Positions 16,701 to 29,628 are shown, counted from the first letter of the stretch. The stretch is DNA of 33,024 bases from Candidatus Parvarchaeota archaeon (GCA_025920305.1 JAPDMB010000002.1:1-33024), one strand, 5' to 3'. Notes: generated by a model not told the origin, from the letters alone. Translations and numbers: made by a program.

Positions 16701-16856
16701 CGGGTGACTGATGTTAATAAGGTATCTACAAACTCGGTGTGTGCGGAGTGCTCTTTAGAGTACAATGAAAACACCTTTCCATTTGTAGAACACAGATAGT
16801 TCGATGCTTTTCGTAAGAAAAGCAGATGAGAAATATGAGTGCATATAAGAGATGTT

Positions 16857-18439
<1,583 letters not shown>

Positions 18440-18471
18440 TTAGGTTTGTTAGGGGATGATTTTCATTCATT

Positions 18472-20754
18472 ATGATAGAATTACCAAAGGAAACAATTGA
18501 CTTCTTCGGCGGGGATGAATTAAGGGCTAGAATATTCTATGAGAAGTATACTCTTTCGGACGAAGAGGGGAACAGATTAGAAAAAACACCGAAGGAGATG
18601 TGGAGAAGGATAGCCAAAGCTTTGGCGAGCGTAGAAAAGACCGAGGAGAATAGGAAGAAGTTCGAAAAAGAGTTCTACTGGCTCCTTGAAGACTTTAAGT
18701 TTGTTCCAGGCGGGCGGATACTCTTTGCCGCAGGTTCGTCGCATAAGGCGACCCTTCTTAACTGCTATTATCTACCGATAAAAGACGATTCTTTGGAGGC
18801 CATATTCACCACAGCAAGGGAGATGGCAAGGACATATTCATACGGAGGAGGGGTTGGGATAGATATCTCGATATTAAGGCCGAAAGGCACGCCAGTCCAC
18901 AATGCAGCGAGGTTCTCCACCGGCTCAGTCTCTTTTATGGAGCTTTTCTCAGTCACCACCGGGACGATTGGGCAGACCGGCAGGCGCGGTGCATTGATGA
19001 TCACTATGGATGTTTCACATCCGGATATAGAAGATTTTATAGAGATAAAGAAAGATAAGAAGAGCGTTAGATACGCTAACATAAGCGTCAAGGTGACCGA
19101 TGACTTCATGGAGGCTGTAGCTGAAAATAAACCATTCGTTTTGCACTTCAAGAATGATAAAGTGGAAGTCAAGAGGGAGGTGAATGCGAGGGACCTTTGG
19201 AAGAGGATAATAGAGAATGCTCTGGCTACAGGCGATCCAGGCATAATGTTCTGGGATAAGATGAAGAGGGAGTCTCCAACTGAATATGATGAGAGGATGG
19301 CTATAAAGGGGACAAATCCCTGCTCAGAGCAGCCGCTGGAGGATTATGGCGCCTGTGATCTTGGGGCTCTGAATCTGTCATACTTTGTCAAAAACAAATT
19401 TGAGAAGGATGCGGAGGTTGACTGGGAGAACCTGGAGAAAGTTATAAGGCTGGGCGTAAGGTTCCTGGATAATGTCCTAGATTATAGCTACGATAGGCAC
19501 GCGCTTAAGGCGCAGGCTGAGGAGACTTTGTACGCCAGAAGGATAGGCCTTGGCTTTATGGGTTTGGCGGATATGCTCATAAGTCTGGGATTAAAGTACG
19601 ACTCGGATGAAGCGATTCAGTTCGTTGATTCTATCATGAAAAGAATAAAGGAGATAGCTTACGATGAAAGTTCAAACCTTTCAGCCGAAAAAGGCCATTT
19701 TCCTGCCTTCGTCGCAGAGAAGCATGTTTCAGGGGATTTCGTGAGCAGGCTGGACAAACAATTGATAGAGAAGATAAAAAAACAGGGCTTAAGAAATTCA
19801 TGCATATTGACGGTCGCGCCCACCGGCTCCATATCGACCATGGTCGGCGTGAGCGGCGGAATAGAACCCATATTCGCGCTCAGCTACATAAGGAGATCCG
19901 AATCCCTGTCTGAGGAGAGCTTTGACGTTTTGGACCCATTCGTAAAGGAGTATATGGATAAATTTGGGATAAAGAGCATCAAGGATCTACCGGATACTTT
20001 TGTCACAGCTCATAACATAGATCCGTTTTTCAGAGTGAAGATGCAGGCGACGATACAAAAGCACATAGATTCATCGATATCCTCGACGGTAAACCTGCCT
20101 TCCTCTGCTGGTTTTGAAGTCGTGGATAAGATATTCAATTATGCATGGAAGCTGGGCTGCAAGTCGGTAACTGTCTATAGAGAGGGGTCGAAGGAAGATA
20201 TATTGAAGTCCAAAGATGAGGGCGACGATAGCCTAAATAAGCCGCGTGAGAGGAGGCTAGGTGGATCAGGCAAGTTGTCAAGACCTTACCTTCTCCGAGG
20301 TACGACTATGAAGTTCCCAGTATCGGACGGAAGTTTGTATATAACCATCAATAAAGATGACGGCCATGTTGAGGAGGTCTTCATAAGTCTTGGGCGTTCT
20401 GGCGAGGCTGAGAAGGCTTACACTGAAGCGATTGGCAGGCTCATCAGCATATACCTGCAGGAAGGAGGAGATGTCGACAGGATAATAAAGACACTGAAAG
20501 GGATAAAGGGCGGGAGCAGCATATGGTTCAACGGCATGCAGATCTTCTCAGTCCCTGATGCCGTGTCAAAGGCTTTGGAGATGGAGGAGAAAGGTATAAA
20601 CATAGCTAGTATGAGGAGCCTCCACTCTGTTATCAGCTCCGAACCTGACAAAAACGAAGGGTTTTCCGTATGCCCGTCTTGCGGGCAGAATACTTTGGTA
20701 TTTGAGAATGGTTGCTATATCTGCAAGTCATGCGGGTACACTAAATGCGAGTAA
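18472..20754 (+). CDS. nrdJ: Class II (adenosylcobalamin-dependent) ribonucleotide reductase
   Basis: FVPGGRIL, LLNCY, GGGVG, RRGALM, TNPCSEQPL..ACDLG, RRIGLG, TVAPTGSIS, SISSTVN; C-terminal TSCPD-like domain and CPSC...CKSC Zn ribbon. Confidence 0.95.
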   Translation: MIELPKETIDFFGGDELRARIFYEKYTLSDEEGNRLEKTPKEMWRRIAKALASVEKTEENRKKFEKEFYWLLEDFKFVPGGRILFAAGSSHKATLLNCYYLPIKDDSLEAIFTTAREMARTYSYGGGVGIDISILRPKGTPVHNAARFSTGSVSFMELFSVTTGTIGQTGRRGALMITMDVSHPDIEDFIEIKKDKKSVRYANISVKVTDDFMEAVAENKPFVLHFKNDKVEVKREVNARDLWKRIIENALATGDPGIMFWDKMKRESPTEYDERMAIKGTNPCSEQPLEDYGACDLGALNLSYFVKNKFEKDAEVDWENLEKVIRLGVRFLDNVLDYSYDRHALKAQAEETLYARRIGLGFMGLADMLISLGLKYDSDEAIQFVDSIMKRIKEIAYDESSNLSAEKGHFPAFVAEKHVSGDFVSRLDKQLIEKIKKQGLRNSCILTVAPTGSISTMVGVSGGIEPIFALSYIRRSESLSEESFDVLDPFVKEYMDKFGIKSIKDLPDTFVTAHNIDPFFRVKMQATIQKHIDSSISSTVNLPSSAGFEVVDKIFNYAWKLGCKSVTVYREGSKEDILKSKDEGDDSLNKPRERRLGGSGKLSRPYLLRGTTMKFPVSDGSLYITINKDDGHVEEVFISLGRSGEAEKAYTEAIGRLISIYLQEGGDVDRIIKTLKGIKGGSSIWFNGMQIFSVPDAVSKALEMEEKGINIASMRSLHSVISSEPDKNEGFSVCPSCGQNTLVFENGCYICKSCGYTKCE

Positions 20755-20840
20755 ACTACCATCCGCTAAAGCGTATGTGCTTCCTTCTCGAAAATAGGCG
20801 ATGACAAAGTTTTTAAACGAGGGCAGTAGTTATTAGTGTA

Positions 20841-21116
20841 ATGGAAGTTGAAATCTTGGAGAGAACCGATGAAAGTATAAAATTCAGGGTGAAGGGTGGA
20901 TCACAATCCATATTGAACCTTATAAAAATGGAAGGCGAAGCCGTAGAAGGCGTCTCTTTCATAGGTTTTGCGATTGAGCATCCTCTTGAAAGATCATCTG
21001 TGCTTGTCATCAAATCGGATGGGAAGGACATAGACAAGGTGTTCAAGAAGGTGATAGATAATACCGTGTCTGATCTTGAGAAATTGAAAAAGGACTTTGA
21101 CAGCGTGCTCAAGTAA
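20841..21116 (+). CDS. rpoL: DNA-directed RNA polymerase subunit L (Rpo11)
   Basis: MEVEIL...F.V.G.S.SILNLI...GVSFIGFAIEHPL; size 91 aa. Confidence 0.85.
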   Translation: MEVEILERTDESIKFRVKGGSQSILNLIKMEGEAVEGVSFIGFAIEHPLERSSVLVIKSDGKDIDKVFKKVIDNTVSDLEKLKKDFDSVLK

Positions 21117-21122
21117 TTCATT

Positions 21123-21716
21123 ATGAGCAGGCAAGAACAGACAGGGGGAGACAAGAATTATATCACATTTTTGAAGGAAACTCTTCTAGGGGAGAATTTA
21201 TACTCTTTGATATTTTACCTGGTTGTCTTCTATATCTTACTTACATACGCGGTCTTTCCTATGACATACAGTCTGACTTCGGTAAGTGACATAAGCGCCG
21301 TGATATCTCCCAGCATGGTGCATCAGGAACCGCAGATCAATGCGACCTTCTATGGTTGGCTTTATGACCATGGATTCAACATGTCCCAAGTCGCAAGATG
21401 GCCTTTCCAGGGCGGGCTCAGCGTCGGTTCGCTGGTCGTAGCGTTTAAGACCCCGGCAGATGACATAAAAGTCGGTGATATAATCATATACAGGGCCGAT
21501 GTAAACGGCGAAGAGTTGGACGTGATCCACAGGGTTATAAATGAGACGGTGATCGATGGCAGTTATTACTTCACTACAAAGGGCGATGCGAATCCTTATC
21601 CTCTGTCCTTTGAATATAATATACCATACAGCGCGGTCGTAGGGAAGGTGGATACTGTGATTCCCTATCTAGGCTACCCCAGATATATAGCATATCTGAT
21701 AGTACATGACTTGTAG
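21123..21716 (+). CDS. sec11: Signal peptidase I, archaeal Sec11 type (S26B)
   Basis: N-terminal TM, VISPSM (catalytic Ser), DIKVGDIIIY, VIHRV, TKGDAN, GKV...IPYLG. Confidence 0.9.
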   Translation: MSRQEQTGGDKNYITFLKETLLGENLYSLIFYLVVFYILLTYAVFPMTYSLTSVSDISAVISPSMVHQEPQINATFYGWLYDHGFNMSQVARWPFQGGLSVGSLVVAFKTPADDIKVGDIIIYRADVNGEELDVIHRVINETVIDGSYYFTTKGDANPYPLSFEYNIPYSAVVGKVDTVIPYLGYPRYIAYLIVHDL

Positions 21717-21723
21717 AGGCGGT

Positions 21724-23610
21724 TTATATATCGATTACAAGTTTCTCATTCTCTTTGACTAACGGCAGATCTGAGATCACCCTGCCGTTTTTAAATTCCA
21801 GCCTCACTTTCCTGCCCAGAGCTGTCAAGTTTCTTACAAAAGATAGGTCAGAGGGAGGCTGATCAATCGTAATTTTCCTTTCTACCTCATCTATCTTGAC
21901 TCCGATAAAGTATTCATCTATTATATGAGGTATTAGACCTATTGACCAAGCCTGCGAGGCGCATCCTTGCGGCTTTCCGCCTGGTTCAAATATCTCATTT
22001 ACTCTTGATGAGCATTGGACATCGAAGTTTTTGGTCTTTATTATCTCTATCAATTTCCTTCCGAAGGAATAATCCTTGAGCTTGAAAGCTACGCCTGCCG
22101 CTAAAGATGTGAGGAACGGCCATACAGCCCCATTGTGGTATCCCTTTGGGTCGAATGTTCTGTCGTCTTTGGCCACCGAGAGGATGCCATAATCCACGAG
22201 CAGCTTCTCCTTGATATTATTCATGACCATCCTATTCAAGCTGTCATCAAGATCCAGCAGCAGCGGCACGAACAGCTGATTTGCGGAGTTTATATCCTTC
22301 TTTAGCTGATCCGAGAGATAAGAGCCGCGTTTGAACTGTCCAAGCCCGTTCTCTAACTTATCTATCAGCTCCGGAAGCCTTGCATCCTCCTTTCCATATG
22401 ATCTCTCAGCCCTCATCAGATCCTTCAGCGCCCTAAGCCAAAGCGCATGTATCTCTATTGAGTACTCTCTATCAAGCGAATCCATCCAAGTTTCACGGCC
22501 TCTGTCATGTATGAAATTACCATCGAGTCTGCTTTTCATAGTATACACGAACCTGTTCAGCCATGGATCCAGTCTGCTCAGTGTTTCTGAGTCGCCGGTT
22601 TTAAGATAGTAATCAAACAGGGCGATAATAAGGAGAGGCGCAGTATCCATCGGGTAGAGGCTTGATCCGGCGAAGTTGGGGATCCCCTTGTCGCTGGATA
22701 GAGTCACTATATTCTTGATAGTGTCCCTGAAAAAATTATGCTGGTTTATGGATACAAATGAGGGCAATATGAACAGTGCATCCCGCAGCCAGAATTGGTT
22801 GAAATATGGGAAGCCTGCGTATATCCTCTTCTTTTGCAGGTTAGCGTATGAGAACAATGAGTCTATCACGTCCTTCATAAATCCCTTTTCAAACACATCT
22901 CCATAACCGTAGGAGCTACAGACTATATCTATTAGGTCATTGTAATCTTTGCTGGCTGCAAGCCGGTTCTTCACGGATCCGATGAGAGCGCTCTCCTCGA
23001 TGTTCTGCACGCTGAAGGTGATATTAAATTCTTCTCCAGCTTTCAATCTGGCTTTTATAATACCAGGCACAAATTTGTTCTGTTCCTCCGCGTCATCGAA
23101 GTATCTGCTAAAGCCCTTGCTTCTGGCATATTCGCCAGGGGTATGTCTGCCGTAGTAAGGGGCGTATAGGAATTCGCCTCTATCAAAATAAACGTAGAGT
23201 GTATTGCCCTTGTAACCCGCTTTAAATCCTCTTCTGGTCGTCTCAAAGTTATAGGTTTTGTTCGGTATGTAGTTCTCATCTCTTTTTCTTATGTTTATCC
23301 CAATCTCTGCTTCTATATCTGCATCGAGCTGCGGTCTAAGCGTGGCGATCACGTGGTTATCAGAGCAGAATATATCCTCTTCGACAGCCTTGCCACCTAT
23401 ATGGTAAGTGTATCTCCCGAACTGTGAGTTGTACATCTGAAAGCTTTTAACATTGTCCGCTGACAGGTAATCGCCGTTCAATTTGAAGGCGAAATAATCC
23501 ACGAATTTTATGTCTTCATTCCATATCCCGCACCACTTGGAGCCGAATTCTCCGTCATTGAACCTGAATATAAACAGCCCGTTCTTAGAAAGAACATTTA
23601 CTTTGTCCAT
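21724..23610 (-). CDS. Glycogen debranching enzyme / amylo-alpha-1,6-glucosidase family
   Basis: AGFPYFNQFWLRD, DTAPL, TWMDS, EIHALW, SANQL, YHNGAVWPFL, EIF...GCASQAWS. Confidence 0.88.
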   Translation of the reverse strand: MDKVNVLSKNGLFIFRFNDGEFGSKWCGIWNEDIKFVDYFAFKLNGDYLSADNVKSFQMYNSQFGRYTYHIGGKAVEEDIFCSDNHVIATLRPQLDADIEAEIGINIRKRDENYIPNKTYNFETTRRGFKAGYKGNTLYVYFDRGEFLYAPYYGRHTPGEYARSKGFSRYFDDAEEQNKFVPGIIKARLKAGEEFNITFSVQNIEESALIGSVKNRLAASKDYNDLIDIVCSSYGYGDVFEKGFMKDVIDSLFSYANLQKKRIYAGFPYFNQFWLRDALFILPSFVSINQHNFFRDTIKNIVTLSSDKGIPNFAGSSLYPMDTAPLLIIALFDYYLKTGDSETLSRLDPWLNRFVYTMKSRLDGNFIHDRGRETWMDSLDREYSIEIHALWLRALKDLMRAERSYGKEDARLPELIDKLENGLGQFKRGSYLSDQLKKDINSANQLFVPLLLDLDDSLNRMVMNNIKEKLLVDYGILSVAKDDRTFDPKGYHNGAVWPFLTSLAAGVAFKLKDYSFGRKLIEIIKTKNFDVQCSSRVNEIFEPGGKPQGCASQAWSIGLIPHIIDEYFIGVKIDEVERKITIDQPPSDLSFVRNLTALGRKVRLEFKNGRVISDLPLVKENEKLVIDI

Positions 23611-23837
23611 ATGTGATTCAACGCATCGATCATTTGACTCTTCGAGCTGGAAGCCCCCCTTAACCTGGTAGGGGATAAAGGCGAATTACAAATTATAATA
23701 GTAACTGTGAAGTATATATAATAATAGGGAAAAACAATCAATATAGAGCATATATTATAATAGCAGTGCAGTTCGCTTGTTTCTCGCGTGGGGAATCTCG
23801 CAAAAAGCTTTAAATATGTTAGCTTATAATAAGTGTA

Positions 23838-24281
23838 ATGATAATCGGATATCAGTTGACGAAGATAGACGCTGAAAGGAACGACAGCATAATACCGCAG
23901 GATCCAATAGAAATCTCATACAAGGCCACTACGAAGAGCGTTGGAAAGGATCAGAATTCTAAGACTTTAAGGTTTGTTTTTGATTATAAAGTAGATTTGA
24001 AGGACAGTAAAGATAACAACGTTGGGAAAATATATATGGAGGGGGCTGTCATCTATACAGGCCCAAGTGTAGAGGAAGCGTATAATAAACTTAATGAAAC
24101 GGGTGTGATGCAGCAGGATATACAGCAGGAGGTGATGCAGACCATAAGCAACATGACTATATTGGAAGCCATGCAGATAAGCAAGACGCTCAACCTGCCA
24201 CCTATAATAAAGCTGCCTGAGCTGACTCTAAGCAGCCAGGAACCCCAAAAAGAGGAGAAAAAGCCAACTAAAGGTAAGTGA
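23838..24281 (+). CDS. Conserved archaeal protein, probable SecB-like fold
   Basis: IIGYQLTKIDAER...FVFDYKV...GKIYMEG...LEAMQISKTLNLPPIIKLP; four beta strands, helices and an LPP motif as in SecB-like proteins; TTTAAATA at 23809-23816. Confidence 0.6.
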   Translation: MIIGYQLTKIDAERNDSIIPQDPIEISYKATTKSVGKDQNSKTLRFVFDYKVDLKDSKDNNVGKIYMEGAVIYTGPSVEEAYNKLNETGVMQQDIQQEVMQTISNMTILEAMQISKTLNLPPIIKLPELTLSSQEPQKEEKKPTKGK

Positions 24282-24353
24282 TTGGGCGTTTGAACGGTAA
24301 TTTATAAATATTCTTGGAGATATTGTTATTAGTCTTCAACCGCTGGTGATTTT

Positions 24354-24806
24354 ATGGTGGATGAGCCAAATGATACAAAGAAAGAGACGAATGCCGAAGC
24401 TGGCAGCGAACAGGAAGACTACAAGTCAAAATATTTATATTTGCTCGCTGAGATGGATAACTACAGGAAGTTGAGGGATAAGGAGAAGGAGCTTTACTTT
24501 AAGTTTTCGAATGAAGTTTTTATGGCAGCTTTACTAAAGACCTTGGATGACTTCGATAGCGTCCTAAAGGCAGGGAAAGACGAAAAGGTGACGCTGCTGT
24601 ATAATTCATTGATGGGGGTCTTATCCTCATTCGGGCTCAAGAAACTCAATGTAACTGGGAAAAGATTCTCGCATGATATAGCAGAGTCTGTTTCGGTCGA
24701 AGAGGTGGATGATGAAAAGAAGGGATTTATACTTGAGGAGATACAGCCTGGTTACGAATTGAATGGGAAGATAATAAGGTATCCGAAGGTGAAGGTTGGG
24801 ATATGA
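24354..24806 (+). CDS. grpE: Nucleotide exchange factor GrpE
   Basis: [47 protein letters not shown] at 24345-24349. Confidence 0.95.
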   Translation: MVDEPNDTKKETNAEAGSEQEDYKSKYLYLLAEMDNYRKLRDKEKELYFKFSNEVFMAALLKTLDDFDSVLKAGKDEKVTLLYNSLMGVLSSFGLKKLNVTGKRFSHDIAESVSVEEVDDEKKGFILEEIQPGYELNGKIIRYPKVKVGI

Positions 24807-26632
24807 CAGCTAAGGAGAGGATAATAGGCATTGATTTAGGAACGTCGAATTCGCAGGCTGCAGTGGTAATAGCTGGCAGACCTACGATAATACCGAGCGC
24901 GGAGGGCGCCACAGTCGCAGGGAAGATGTTTCCTTCCGTGGTTTCTTTCATGAAAGACGGTACGATTCTGGTAGGTGAGCCAGCAAGAAGACAGGCTATC
25001 TCAAATCCAAACAACACAGTGTTCGCTGTAAAGCGTAAGATGGGCACTGATTTTAAATATAAAATATTTGATAAAGAATATACTCCACAGCAGATCTCAG
25101 CCTTTATCCTACAGAAGATAAAGAGAGACGCAGAGGCATTCTTAGGTTCAGAGGTTAAAAAAGCCGTCATAACCACACCCGCATACTTCAATGACAATCA
25201 GAGGCAGGCTACAAAAGACGCCGGTACGATAGCTGGCTTAGACGTGGTTAGAATAATAAATGAACCGACTGCCGCAGCCATGGCATACGGGTTAGATAAG
25301 TCAGCTGACATTAAGATCCTTGTATATGATCTTGGGGGAGGCACTCTAGATGTAACGGTGATGGATATATCGAATGGAACATTTGAAGTGCTCTCTACAT
25401 CGGGCGATACTCAGCTTGGCGGCGTCGATATGGACAACGCCCTTGTGGAGTACATAATAAATGATTTTGGAACAAGAGAAGGAATAGATCTAAGGGGAGA
25501 CAATGTAGCTTTGCAGAGGATAAAGGAAGCGGCGGAGAAGGCAAAGATAGAACTTTCAACCGTCTTGGAGACGGAGATCAATCTACCTTATATAACTATC
25601 ACTAAAGACGGGCCTAAAAATCTATCGATGAAGATCTCAAGGGCAAAATTGGAGAGCCTTGTGATGCCGATAATAGAGAGATCCAAGGGCGCTATAGACA
25701 CCGCGTTGTCTGACGCTAAGATTGATAAATCTGATATAGCGAAGATAATACTCGTTGGAGGACCGACTAGAATGCCGGCCGTGCAGAAATTCCTTATAGA
25801 CATATTCGGGGATAAGATAGAAAGGGGAGTCGACCCCATGGAAGCCGTTGCGGTCGGCGCCGCTATACAGGGAGCTGTCCTTGCCGGTGAGATAAAAGAT
25901 ATAGTTCTGCTAGACGTGACGCCTCTGACGTTGGGAGTGGAGACATTGGGCGGATTGGTCACACCTATAATAGATAGAAACACAACCATCCCATTCAAAG
26001 CCAGCAAGATCTTCTCGACGGCTGATGATTATCAGACTACGGTCACCATAAATGTGATTCAAGGAGAGAGGCCGACGGCGAAGGACAATATAAGTTTGGG
26101 CATGTTCAATCTTACCGGTATACCCCCTGCTCCGAGAGGCGTGCCCCAGATAGAGGTGGAATTTGACATCGACGCGAATGGGATACTGAATGTATCGGCT
26201 AAGGATCTTGCAACCGGAAAATCTCAAAAAATAACCATATCGGCGCCGAATAAGCTCTCAAAGGACCAGATAGAGAGGATGATAAAAGAAGCAAAGGAGA
26301 ATGAACAGGCAGATAAGGAAAGGAAAGCGAATATAGAGCTTAAGAATGAGGTTTCGACGCTGGCTTACTCGCTGGAGAAGACATTGTCTGAATTTAAAGA
26401 CAAGATAAATGAAGATGATAAGAAGGAGGCTGAGGAGATAATAAAGAAGACTAAGGATGATGTCAATAAGGAAGACTTCGCAAGCATCAAAGAGGACCGG
26501 GATAAGTTGACGGGCATAATAGACAAGATAGGCAAATCAGTTTATCAGTCTGCCAAGCCGAATTATGGCACCGGCGGAGCGCAAGGGCCGAGAGATGATG
26601 ACCATTCTGATGAGAGCAGTCCTAAAGAATAA
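24803..26632 (+). CDS. dnaK: Chaperone DnaK (Hsp70)
   Basis: [67 protein letters not shown]; short (Gram-positive/archaeal-type) N-terminal domain. Confidence 0.98.
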   Translation: MTAKERIIGIDLGTSNSQAAVVIAGRPTIIPSAEGATVAGKMFPSVVSFMKDGTILVGEPARRQAISNPNNTVFAVKRKMGTDFKYKIFDKEYTPQQISAFILQKIKRDAEAFLGSEVKKAVITTPAYFNDNQRQATKDAGTIAGLDVVRIINEPTAAAMAYGLDKSADIKILVYDLGGGTLDVTVMDISNGTFEVLSTSGDTQLGGVDMDNALVEYIINDFGTREGIDLRGDNVALQRIKEAAEKAKIELSTVLETEINLPYITITKDGPKNLSMKISRAKLESLVMPIIERSKGAIDTALSDAKIDKSDIAKIILVGGPTRMPAVQKFLIDIFGDKIERGVDPMEAVAVGAAIQGAVLAGEIKDIVLLDVTPLTLGVETLGGLVTPIIDRNTTIPFKASKIFSTADDYQTTVTINVIQGERPTAKDNISLGMFNLTGIPPAPRGVPQIEVEFDIDANGILNVSAKDLATGKSQKITISAPNKLSKDQIERMIKEAKENEQADKERKANIELKNEVSTLAYSLEKTLSEFKDKINEDDKKEAEEIIKKTKDDVNKEDFASIKEDRDKLTGIIDKIGKSVYQSAKPNYGTGGAQGPRDDDHSDESSPKE

Positions 26633-26687
26633 TGAATGACATACACTTAATAAGCAATCTTTTCTTATTATATTATTATTGAATATT

Positions 26688-27713
26688 ATGGAAGAAGATC
26701 CGTATAAAGTCCTAGGCATTAAACCTGGCGCTTCAGAGGAGGAGATAAAGAGGGCGTATAAGTCATTGGCGAAGAAGTATCATCCAGATCTGAATGCAGG
26801 GAACAAAGAAGCGGAGGAGAAATTTAAGAAGATAAACCAAGCTTATAGAGAGCTTACTAACCGAGGGAGCTCAGCCTCCGCCGGCGCAGGACCAGACTAC
26901 TCGAATGTGCATTTTGAGGATTTTGCAGATTTCTTCAACTTCGGAGGATTCGAAGATATATTCCGTGGTTTCGGCTTTGAGGAAGAGGCCGGAAACGACC
27001 TGCGTGTGGACGTGAATCTTACCCTGGAGGAGCTCTTCAAAGCCGGGAGCAAGAGAATAGAGATCACTAGAAAGGTTCTATGCAGGGCATGTAATGGAAC
27101 TGGGGCGATGGAGAAGCATACTTGTCCAAAATGTAAAGGCACTGGCAGGGTGAGATCTACCACGAGGGGAATCGCTTCTTTGTTCGTGACTACAGTTACA
27201 TGTGACGTGTGTTCGGGGAGAGGGTATATAATTGATAAAGTTTGCGAAGTCTGCAGAGGAAGCGGCTTCGTTCAAAAGAGAGAGGAAATAACTATACCTA
27301 TACCGCGTGGTATATCAGATAATGATTATATCATAGTATCCGATAAAGGAGACCAGAGCAGACGTGGGACAAATGGCGATCTGCAGGTTGTATTTCATAT
27401 ACTCAAAGACAAATACTTCAAGGTAGAGGGAAAAAATCTGAGAACAGTACTGCATGTGGACATACGTGATCTCCTTGAGGGCAAACTCATAGAGATAGAC
27501 ACTCCCGGCGGAAAGGAGGAGGTAGACCTGATGAACAGCAGAGGCAAGCCGGTAATAATCAAAGGAAGAGGCTTGTTTGATAAAGGAGGCAGGAGGGGCG
27601 ATCTGCTCGTAGATATTGCGATAGAGATACCGGGAAAAGTCGGACGGAAAGAAATTTCGGAGCTGGATAAGCTACTGGGAGAAAGAATTGAGCCATTTAT
27701 ATCTGAAACCTGA
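26688..27713 (+). CDS. dnaJ: Chaperone DnaJ
   Basis: J domain with HPD, G/F-rich region, four CxxCxGxG repeats, C-terminal GDL motifs. Confidence 0.96.
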   Translation: MEEDPYKVLGIKPGASEEEIKRAYKSLAKKYHPDLNAGNKEAEEKFKKINQAYRELTNRGSSASAGAGPDYSNVHFEDFADFFNFGGFEDIFRGFGFEEEAGNDLRVDVNLTLEELFKAGSKRIEITRKVLCRACNGTGAMEKHTCPKCKGTGRVRSTTRGIASLFVTTVTCDVCSGRGYIIDKVCEVCRGSGFVQKREEITIPIPRGISDNDYIIVSDKGDQSRRGTNGDLQVVFHILKDKYFKVEGKNLRTVLHVDIRDLLEGKLIEIDTPGGKEEVDLMNSRGKPVIIKGRGLFDKGGRRGDLLVDIAIEIPGKVGRKEISELDKLLGERIEPFISET

Positions 27714-27721
27714 TATTGGAT

Positions 27722-28873
27722 ATGAAAAAACTTAGAATAGCGATCTACACGGATATTTATTTACCAAAAGAACATAACGGAGGCGGCCTCGAAACGTACA
27801 TAGACTCTATAAGGCAAGAATTGAGAAGGAGAGGGCATACTGTGTTTATCGTGACGTCTGGCCCTAAGATATTAAGAGAATATTACAAAGATGATAAAGA
27901 AATTATAGTTTTACCTGGCAGGAGGATTTATAGACCATACCCCTACTTTGGACTATACACAGGTATTTTTAAGGCGGATCCAAAGTTGGTGAAGATGAAG
28001 CCTGACGTTATACACATACAGACCCCATTCACCATAGGTCTGCTTGCGTTGAAGGTCGGCAAGAATCTTGGCATAAATTGCATAGCGACGTATCATGGTT
28101 TTTATACCTCAGATATGGCAATCGAATCATTCATCTCTAGAAAAAGGCTTATAATTAAGTCTGTCCAGCTCCTTGCAGCCAGATATATCAGGTGGTTTCA
28201 TAGCAAAGTAAAGGTTGTGATCTCTCCGTCCAATTTTATAAAGAAAGAATTGAATAGGATGGGTCTGAAGAATGTTATTGTTGTGCATGAAGGCATAGAT
28301 TTAGCTAGGTTCAAAAAAGGTACGTCTAAATCGAAAGCAAGGAAGCTCTTAGGTATAGGACAAAGAGATAAGGTGATGCTTCATCTAGGCAGGGTCAGCC
28401 TGGAAAAGAATTTGGACCTTTTCATTAAAGCAGCAAAAGAATTGGAGAGATACGGAGTCAAAAGCATAATCGTGGGTGCTGGCAAAGATTTAGAGCACTA
28501 TAAAAAACTTAGCAGGGAGCTTGGGATAAAGTCTATCAAATTTGCCGGTTTTGTGGACGAAGATAAGAAGGTTTTATATTACAAAGCAGCGGATGTTTTC
28601 TGCTTCCCGTCTAATTTTGAGACGCAGGGTTTAGTCGCTGTTGAAGCGATGGCCTCTGGCCTACCGGTCGTAGCACCTGAGGGCACCGCGCAGGCCGAGA
28701 TGATAAAACCAGGTTTGAACGGAGAGGTCTTCAAGAAGGATGATCTGAAGGACTTATTAAGGAAGATAAGGAAAGTTCTAAGCAATGGAAGCTCTTATGC
28801 GGCGGAAAGGTCAATAGAGGATTTTGATATAAAGAGGCATGTATCAAAGTTATTGAAGATATACATGTCTTAA
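27722..28873 (+). CDS. Glycosyltransferase family 4
   Basis: IAIYTDIYLP..GG, HIQTPF, LGRVSLEKN, ETQGLVAVEAMASGLPVV (EX7E); TTG at 27716 is an alternative start. Confidence 0.92.
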   Translation: MKKLRIAIYTDIYLPKEHNGGGLETYIDSIRQELRRRGHTVFIVTSGPKILREYYKDDKEIIVLPGRRIYRPYPYFGLYTGIFKADPKLVKMKPDVIHIQTPFTIGLLALKVGKNLGINCIATYHGFYTSDMAIESFISRKRLIIKSVQLLAARYIRWFHSKVKVVISPSNFIKKELNRMGLKNVIVVHEGIDLARFKKGTSKSKARKLLGIGQRDKVMLHLGRVSLEKNLDLFIKAAKELERYGVKSIIVGAGKDLEHYKKLSRELGIKSIKFAGFVDEDKKVLYYKAADVFCFPSNFETQGLVAVEAMASGLPVVAPEGTAQAEMIKPGLNGEVFKKDDLKDLLRKIRKVLSNGSSYAAERSIEDFDIKRHVSKLLKIYMS

Positions 28874-29628
28874 TCGATGACCTTCCCCTTTCTGATCGCT
28901 TTGAAATCCCACTTAAATCTATTGTGAATCGCTATGGGTATGGCCGGCGTTAGATACATCAAACAGGATTTTAGTATGCCTTCGGCTGCAAGCCTCCTAT
29001 AGGACATTTGAGCGGTGTTTTCAACGATTTTAAATTTTCCGAGTTTCCTAAGTCTTGGATAAAATTCCCAATTCTCATCCACATCTATGTCCTCATTGAA
29101 CAGCCCGGCTTTAATCAGCGCCTTTCTCCTTATGAAGACACATCCGTATGCGAAAGGAGTGGCTGTATAGTAGCTTGCTCTCTTGAGATACATCACTAGT
29201 TTGTTGAAAGCTATGAACTTCTTGCGCTCCTTCTTCGGAATGTCCTTGCTTCTCACAGTTATAGTCGGCTCTATGCAGACTATGTTTGGATCACTGTCGA
29301 AATCTTTGATTATGCGCTCGAACAGTTTAGAGGACAAGATATAGTCCGCATCCACCAGCGCGACTATGTCGCCTTTAGAGGCTTTTATGCCGCGATTATA
29401 CGCAGATGCTACATTTTTCTTAGGCATTTTCACCACCTTAGCCCCATATTTTTTGAGGATACTCACGGTTCTATCCTTTGAGTACGAATCAACTCCTAAG
29501 ATCTCGTAATCTGCGTAGCTCTGCTTTTTTATCGATTTAAGCAGATCTCCGACGTAGTACTCTTCATTGTATGTAGGTATCACAACCGTGATCCGCGGCT
29601 TCATGATCTTCTTTTTCTTTGATTTCAT
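28870..29628 (-). CDS. Glycosyltransferase family 2
   Basis: VVIPTYNEE, VDSYSKD, YNRGI, VDAD (DxD), GLFNE. Confidence 0.92.
   Translation of the reverse strand: MKSKKKKIMKPRITVVIPTYNEEYYVGDLLKSIKKQSYADYEILGVDSYSKDRTVSILKKYGAKVVKMPKKNVASAYNRGIKASKGDIVALVDADYILSSKLFERIIKDFDSDPNIVCIEPTITVRSKDIPKKERKKFIAFNKLVMYLKRASYYTATPFAYGCVFIRRKALIKAGLFNEDIDVDENWEFYPRLRKLGKFKIVENTAQMSYRRLAAEGILKSCLMYLTPAIPIAIHNRFKWDFKAIRKGKVID

Noticed and set aside
18472..20754. Intein or intron in nrdJ or the 16S
   Set aside because: NrdJ motifs are contiguous at normal spacing with no intein termini; the 16S is about 1.5 kb with no large insertion.
23661..23671. 11-nt match TAACCTGGTAG to the tRNA-Trp D-loop (possible split tRNA half or att site)
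   Set aside because: No acceptor or anticodon arm around it, att sites normally duplicate tRNA 3' ends, and no integrase is present; likely chance.
24301..24353. CIRCE element upstream of grpE
   Set aside because: TTAGTCTTC only loosely resembles one arm and the GAGTGCTAA arm is absent; no hrcA in the window.
28870..28873. Convergent GT4/GT2 genes sharing a TTAA stop overlap
   Set aside because: Ordinary compaction feature of small genomes; no sign of a special function.
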